The notes below the pieces were generated by a model. The model searched no databases and was not told the origin of the DNA. It saw only the letters and a program-made list of their open reading frames with translations. A DNA stretch of 64,000 nt from an uncultured bacterium (GTDB taxonomy: Bacteria > Acidobacteriota > Thermoanaerobaculia > Multivoradales > JAHZIX01), in NCBI GenBank assembly GCA_965368975.1, contig CBDUPA010000010.1, positions 32,001 to 96,000 on the forward strand, in the 5' to 3' direction. Below, in pieces: positions 61,150-64,000 of this stretch (position 1 is the first letter of the stretch; each line of letters begins with the position of its first letter). The position numbers and the translations under genes were made by a program.

Positions 61150-61878
61150 TCAGGAGACGGGAATGGCCAGCAGGCCGGTGGTCTTTTCCTTGAGGGTCCG
61201 CAGTTCGTCGGCGATCGCCAGGGTGGTGCGCGCAGCGGTTGCCGCCTGCTCCTGGGTTTCCGGCGTGGTGCAGTGCTGCTCCAGGTAGCGACGGGCCCAG
61301 TTGTGGTGATGGATTTCTTCGGGATGGATGCTCAGCTCGTAGAGCTCGGCCGTCTCGCGATCTCCGACTGCCAGACAGAAATTGATGAACTGCCGGTTGC
61401 GCACCCGCGCGATGGCTTCCCGCGCGAACGGACCGCCCGCGACCCGCTCGACGGTGCCGCGCAGCCCCTTGAGGTAGTGGTAGAGCGGCGAGTAGCCCTC
61501 GTCGGCCAGCGGATCGAAGCTGTCGATGTCGAAGCCGAGTTCGCGCAGGCGGTTGCTGATCAAGTGGTAGTGCTTCATCTCGTCGCTGCACTGATCGGCG
61601 AGCAGCCGCTTGGCGTCCAGGTCCGGGGTCGACGGCAACCAGAAGGCCGCCAGTTCGCTGGCTTCCAGCTCGCTCTTCAGTGCCAGCTGCAGCAGGGTCG
61701 CGACTTCGACCTTGCCTTCGGATTCAGCCTCCAGCGCCTCGAGCTCTCCCAGGCCAGCGAACAGCTGATCCATTTCCGCCACCAGACGGTCGACGAAGGC
61801 CTTGCTGTCGGCAGTGACGGCAGGCTTCCTCGCACCGGGCTGGTTGTAGTCGGGCTTGTCGTCAACGGGCTGGCTCAC
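61150..61878 (-). CDS. Ferritin-like (diiron-carboxylate) domain protein
   Basis: All-helical, with E...DEMKHY and E...EEIHH paired E/ExxH motifs. Confidence 0.75.
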   Translation of the reverse strand: MSQPVDDKPDYNQPGARKPAVTADSKAFVDRLVAEMDQLFAGLGELEALEAESEGKVEVATLLQLALKSELEASELAAFWLPSTPDLDAKRLLADQCSDEMKHYHLISNRLRELGFDIDSFDPLADEGYSPLYHYLKGLRGTVERVAGGPFAREAIARVRNRQFINFCLAVGDRETAELYELSIHPEEIHHHNWARRYLEQHCTTPETQEQAATAARTTLAIADELRTLKEKTTGLLAIPVS

Positions 61879-61943
61879 GGGGGGACTCCTCTTTGCTGCG
61901 GTCTACTGGGCTCATTGACCAGTCTACCAGGTCGAACCGAGAC

Positions 61944-63281
61944 TCAGCGGCCCGCCAGGTCACGGATCCCCTGCTCGACGCGTCGCACCAGTTCGGGCAG
62001 AGCTTCGGCGCGCACCGAGCAGTGGGCCAGCCGGACGTAGCGGCGAGCCAGCGACACGACGCCGGTGTCGTGGTGCTCTAGCAAGTGGCGGCGCACGGCA
62101 TCGGCATCGAGGTCGAGGGACGGTGGCAATTCGGTGAGCGCGAAGCAGCCCGAGTTGAACGGCAGAACTTGCAGCAGCTCAGGATCGACGCCGGCCAGCG
62201 CGTCGCGCAACACGCGGTAGCGCTCGGCCAACACCTGGCGCACGGCCTCGACCTCGTCGGTCATGGTGTCCCCTCGCAAGGCCTGCAGCAACAAGACCTG
62301 GCTGGCAGCCACAGGCGAACCAATAGTGGCGCGCGACAATCCGGCCACCTTGCTGCCCAGGGCTTCGGCTGCGGGCGAATCCGGCTCGAACGGGAAGGTG
62401 AGGAAGCCGACGCGGCCGCCGAAGAAGGAAAACTCCTTGGTGGCACCGTCGACCTTCACTGGCACCAGTTGCTCGTGCACACCGGCCAACTCCCAGAACA
62501 TCGACGCACGTGGAATCTCCTCCTCGTACACCAGGCCGGCATAAGCGTCGTCACAGATGACCAGCAGTGGCCTCTGATCGGCGACGCGCAGCAGCGATGC
62601 TTTCACTTCGGCCCGCTCCTGCACCGTCAGCGAATAGCCACCGGGATTCGACGGCAGGTTGAGCAGTGCCAGGGCGGGCTCACCTTCTGGCAAGTGTGCT
62701 GCCTCGAGAGCTTGTTCGATGGCGGTCGGGTTGTAGCGGTAGCTGCCGTTGGACTCGCGCGTATACCCCGGCGCACCGACCAGCTTGGCCCCGGTCCGAG
62801 TGTCGAAGACCTGGCGGTAATTGCCCCAGAAGGGCAGCGGCAGTGCCAGAGTGCGGCCTTCACCGGCGAATAGGTCGGCCACTACGGATAGCCCGTGCGC
62901 CAGACCAACGGTGACGATCGGCAAACTCGACGCCGGCAGGTTCTCCCCCAACTCCGCGGCCGCCTGCCCACGCTGCCAGGCCCGCCAGCGATCCCGCACT
63001 TCGCGCAGACCAGGTACCGGCGAATACAGGAACGCACTATGAAAGTCGGCGTCGGGCAAAGCCTCGAGGCAACGCGCCATCGACGGCAGCGGCAGCGCTT
63101 TGCCGGCACCGTCGGTAATCTGCCCGATCGTGCCGTTGTACGTCTTGCCGCGGGCCTCGGCGGCCTGCACCGGGATGTCGGGCGGCAGGGCGCAGCGCCG
63201 ACCCAACGGTGACAGCAGTTGGGCAGCGGTAGGTGCGTGATCTTCCAAGGCTCGATTGGTTTGCTCTACGACTTCGGACAT
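61944..63281 (-). CDS. PLP-dependent aminotransferase class I/II
   Basis: YNGTIG, LNLPSNPGGY, CDDAYAG, DGATKE....GGRVGF and PFNSGCF. Confidence 0.9.
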   Translation of the reverse strand: MSEVVEQTNRALEDHAPTAAQLLSPLGRRCALPPDIPVQAAEARGKTYNGTIGQITDGAGKALPLPSMARCLEALPDADFHSAFLYSPVPGLREVRDRWRAWQRGQAAAELGENLPASSLPIVTVGLAHGLSVVADLFAGEGRTLALPLPFWGNYRQVFDTRTGAKLVGAPGYTRESNGSYRYNPTAIEQALEAAHLPEGEPALALLNLPSNPGGYSLTVQERAEVKASLLRVADQRPLLVICDDAYAGLVYEEEIPRASMFWELAGVHEQLVPVKVDGATKEFSFFGGRVGFLTFPFEPDSPAAEALGSKVAGLSRATIGSPVAASQVLLLQALRGDTMTDEVEAVRQVLAERYRVLRDALAGVDPELLQVLPFNSGCFALTELPPSLDLDADAVRRHLLEHHDTGVVSLARRYVRLAHCSVRAEALPELVRRVEQGIRDLAGR

Positions 63282-63361
63282 GGTGTAACGAGCTTCCTCG
63301 GTTGGGTTTCTGCGCTGGTGCGCGGAGAATGGTGGCATTGGGCAGTAGAATCAGCGGCGAC

Positions 63362-64000
63362 ATGCTAGCACCGATCGACACCCTGCTGGCGGCCCTGACC
63401 TCGTTTGGCGCCCCGTTCGACCTGCCGTTCGATCCAAGCCACATCGAACTGCCCGCCGACCACCAGCTGCCAGCGCTGTACCTGGGGCTGGGCGCCGTAC
63501 TGCTGCTCGTCGGACGCCGCTTGTTCTGGCTGTCGTTGGGCCTGGCCGGCTTCGTGGCTGGCCTGGTAGCGATGAGCCACGTCGAGCTGCCACCGTCGTC
63601 GCCGATCTGGACGCCCTGGGCCGTAGCTGCCGTCTTTGGCTTGCTGGGTGTGCTGCTGGCCATCTTCGTGCAGCGCGTGGTGGTCGGCGCGGTCGGCTTC
63701 GTGGCTGGTGGCCTTGGCGCCTTGTGGCTGGCCGCGACCTTCGCCTGGCCGGTCGAAACCTGGGGGACCAGCTGGGGCGTGGGAGGCTGGGGTTGGCTGC
63801 TCGTCTTCTGCGTCGGCGGCGGCGTCATGGCGGCGCTCGCCGGGTACCTGTTCGAGGCCGCCCTGATCGTCCTGTCGGCGCTCGCCGGTTCCGCGCTGAT
63901 CGTCACCGTGACCCGCCTCGATGCTCAGGTCGACCTGGTGCTCTTCCCGGCGCTGGCGCTTCTCGGCATGCTGATACAGACCGGCACGTTCGGCAGGCGC
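63362..64000 (+). CDS. DUF4203/TMEM198-like membrane protein (3'-partial)
   Basis: Open frame from ATG 63362 to the window end. LGLGAVLLLVGRRLFWLSLGLAGFVAG begins a series of Gly-rich TM helices. Confidence 0.7.
   Translation, partial: MLAPIDTLLAALTSFGAPFDLPFDPSHIELPADHQLPALYLGLGAVLLLVGRRLFWLSLGLAGFVAGLVAMSHVELPPSSPIWTPWAVAAVFGLLGVLLAIFVQRVVVGAVGFVAGGLGALWLAATFAWPVETWGTSWGVGGWGWLLVFCVGGGVMAALAGYLFEAALIVLSALAGSALIVTVTRLDAQVDLVLFPALALLGMLIQTGTFGRR

Overview
High-GC bacterial chromosomal segment, most likely Acidobacteriota (inferred from an ADOP-type duplicated permease, TPR-rich Ser/Thr kinases and the dnaK-hspR-dnaC-like-spoIID arrangement). About 40 CDS are supported. I saw no rRNA, tRNA, CRISPR array or intact mobile element. 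Housekeeping genes (dnaK, hspR, mazG, guaB, lon, lhgO, tesA/ybbA/ybbP-like, an RND pump) alternate with small accessory islands. Main points: (1) A split borosin RiPP locus at 51187-52476: a SonA-like precursor plus an OphMA/SonM-like peptide alpha-N-methyltransferase. It has its own AT-rich promoter, a GGA-hairpin 5' leader and an internal terminator, and lies directly after two orphan beta-propeller sensor kinases. (2) A convergent gene fusing an intact receiver domain to an intact LpxC. (3) A stand-alone NRPS carrier protein that appears to keep both N- and C-terminal docking motifs but has no catalytic domains. (4) An orphan double-glycine-leader peptide gene. (5) An XendoU-type RNase/lamin-tail fusion next to a 5'-nucleotidase-family gene. 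(6) A zinc-ribbon kinase-TPR gene paired with a kinase-less twin. All family assignments come from motif recognition by eye; no database searches were run.
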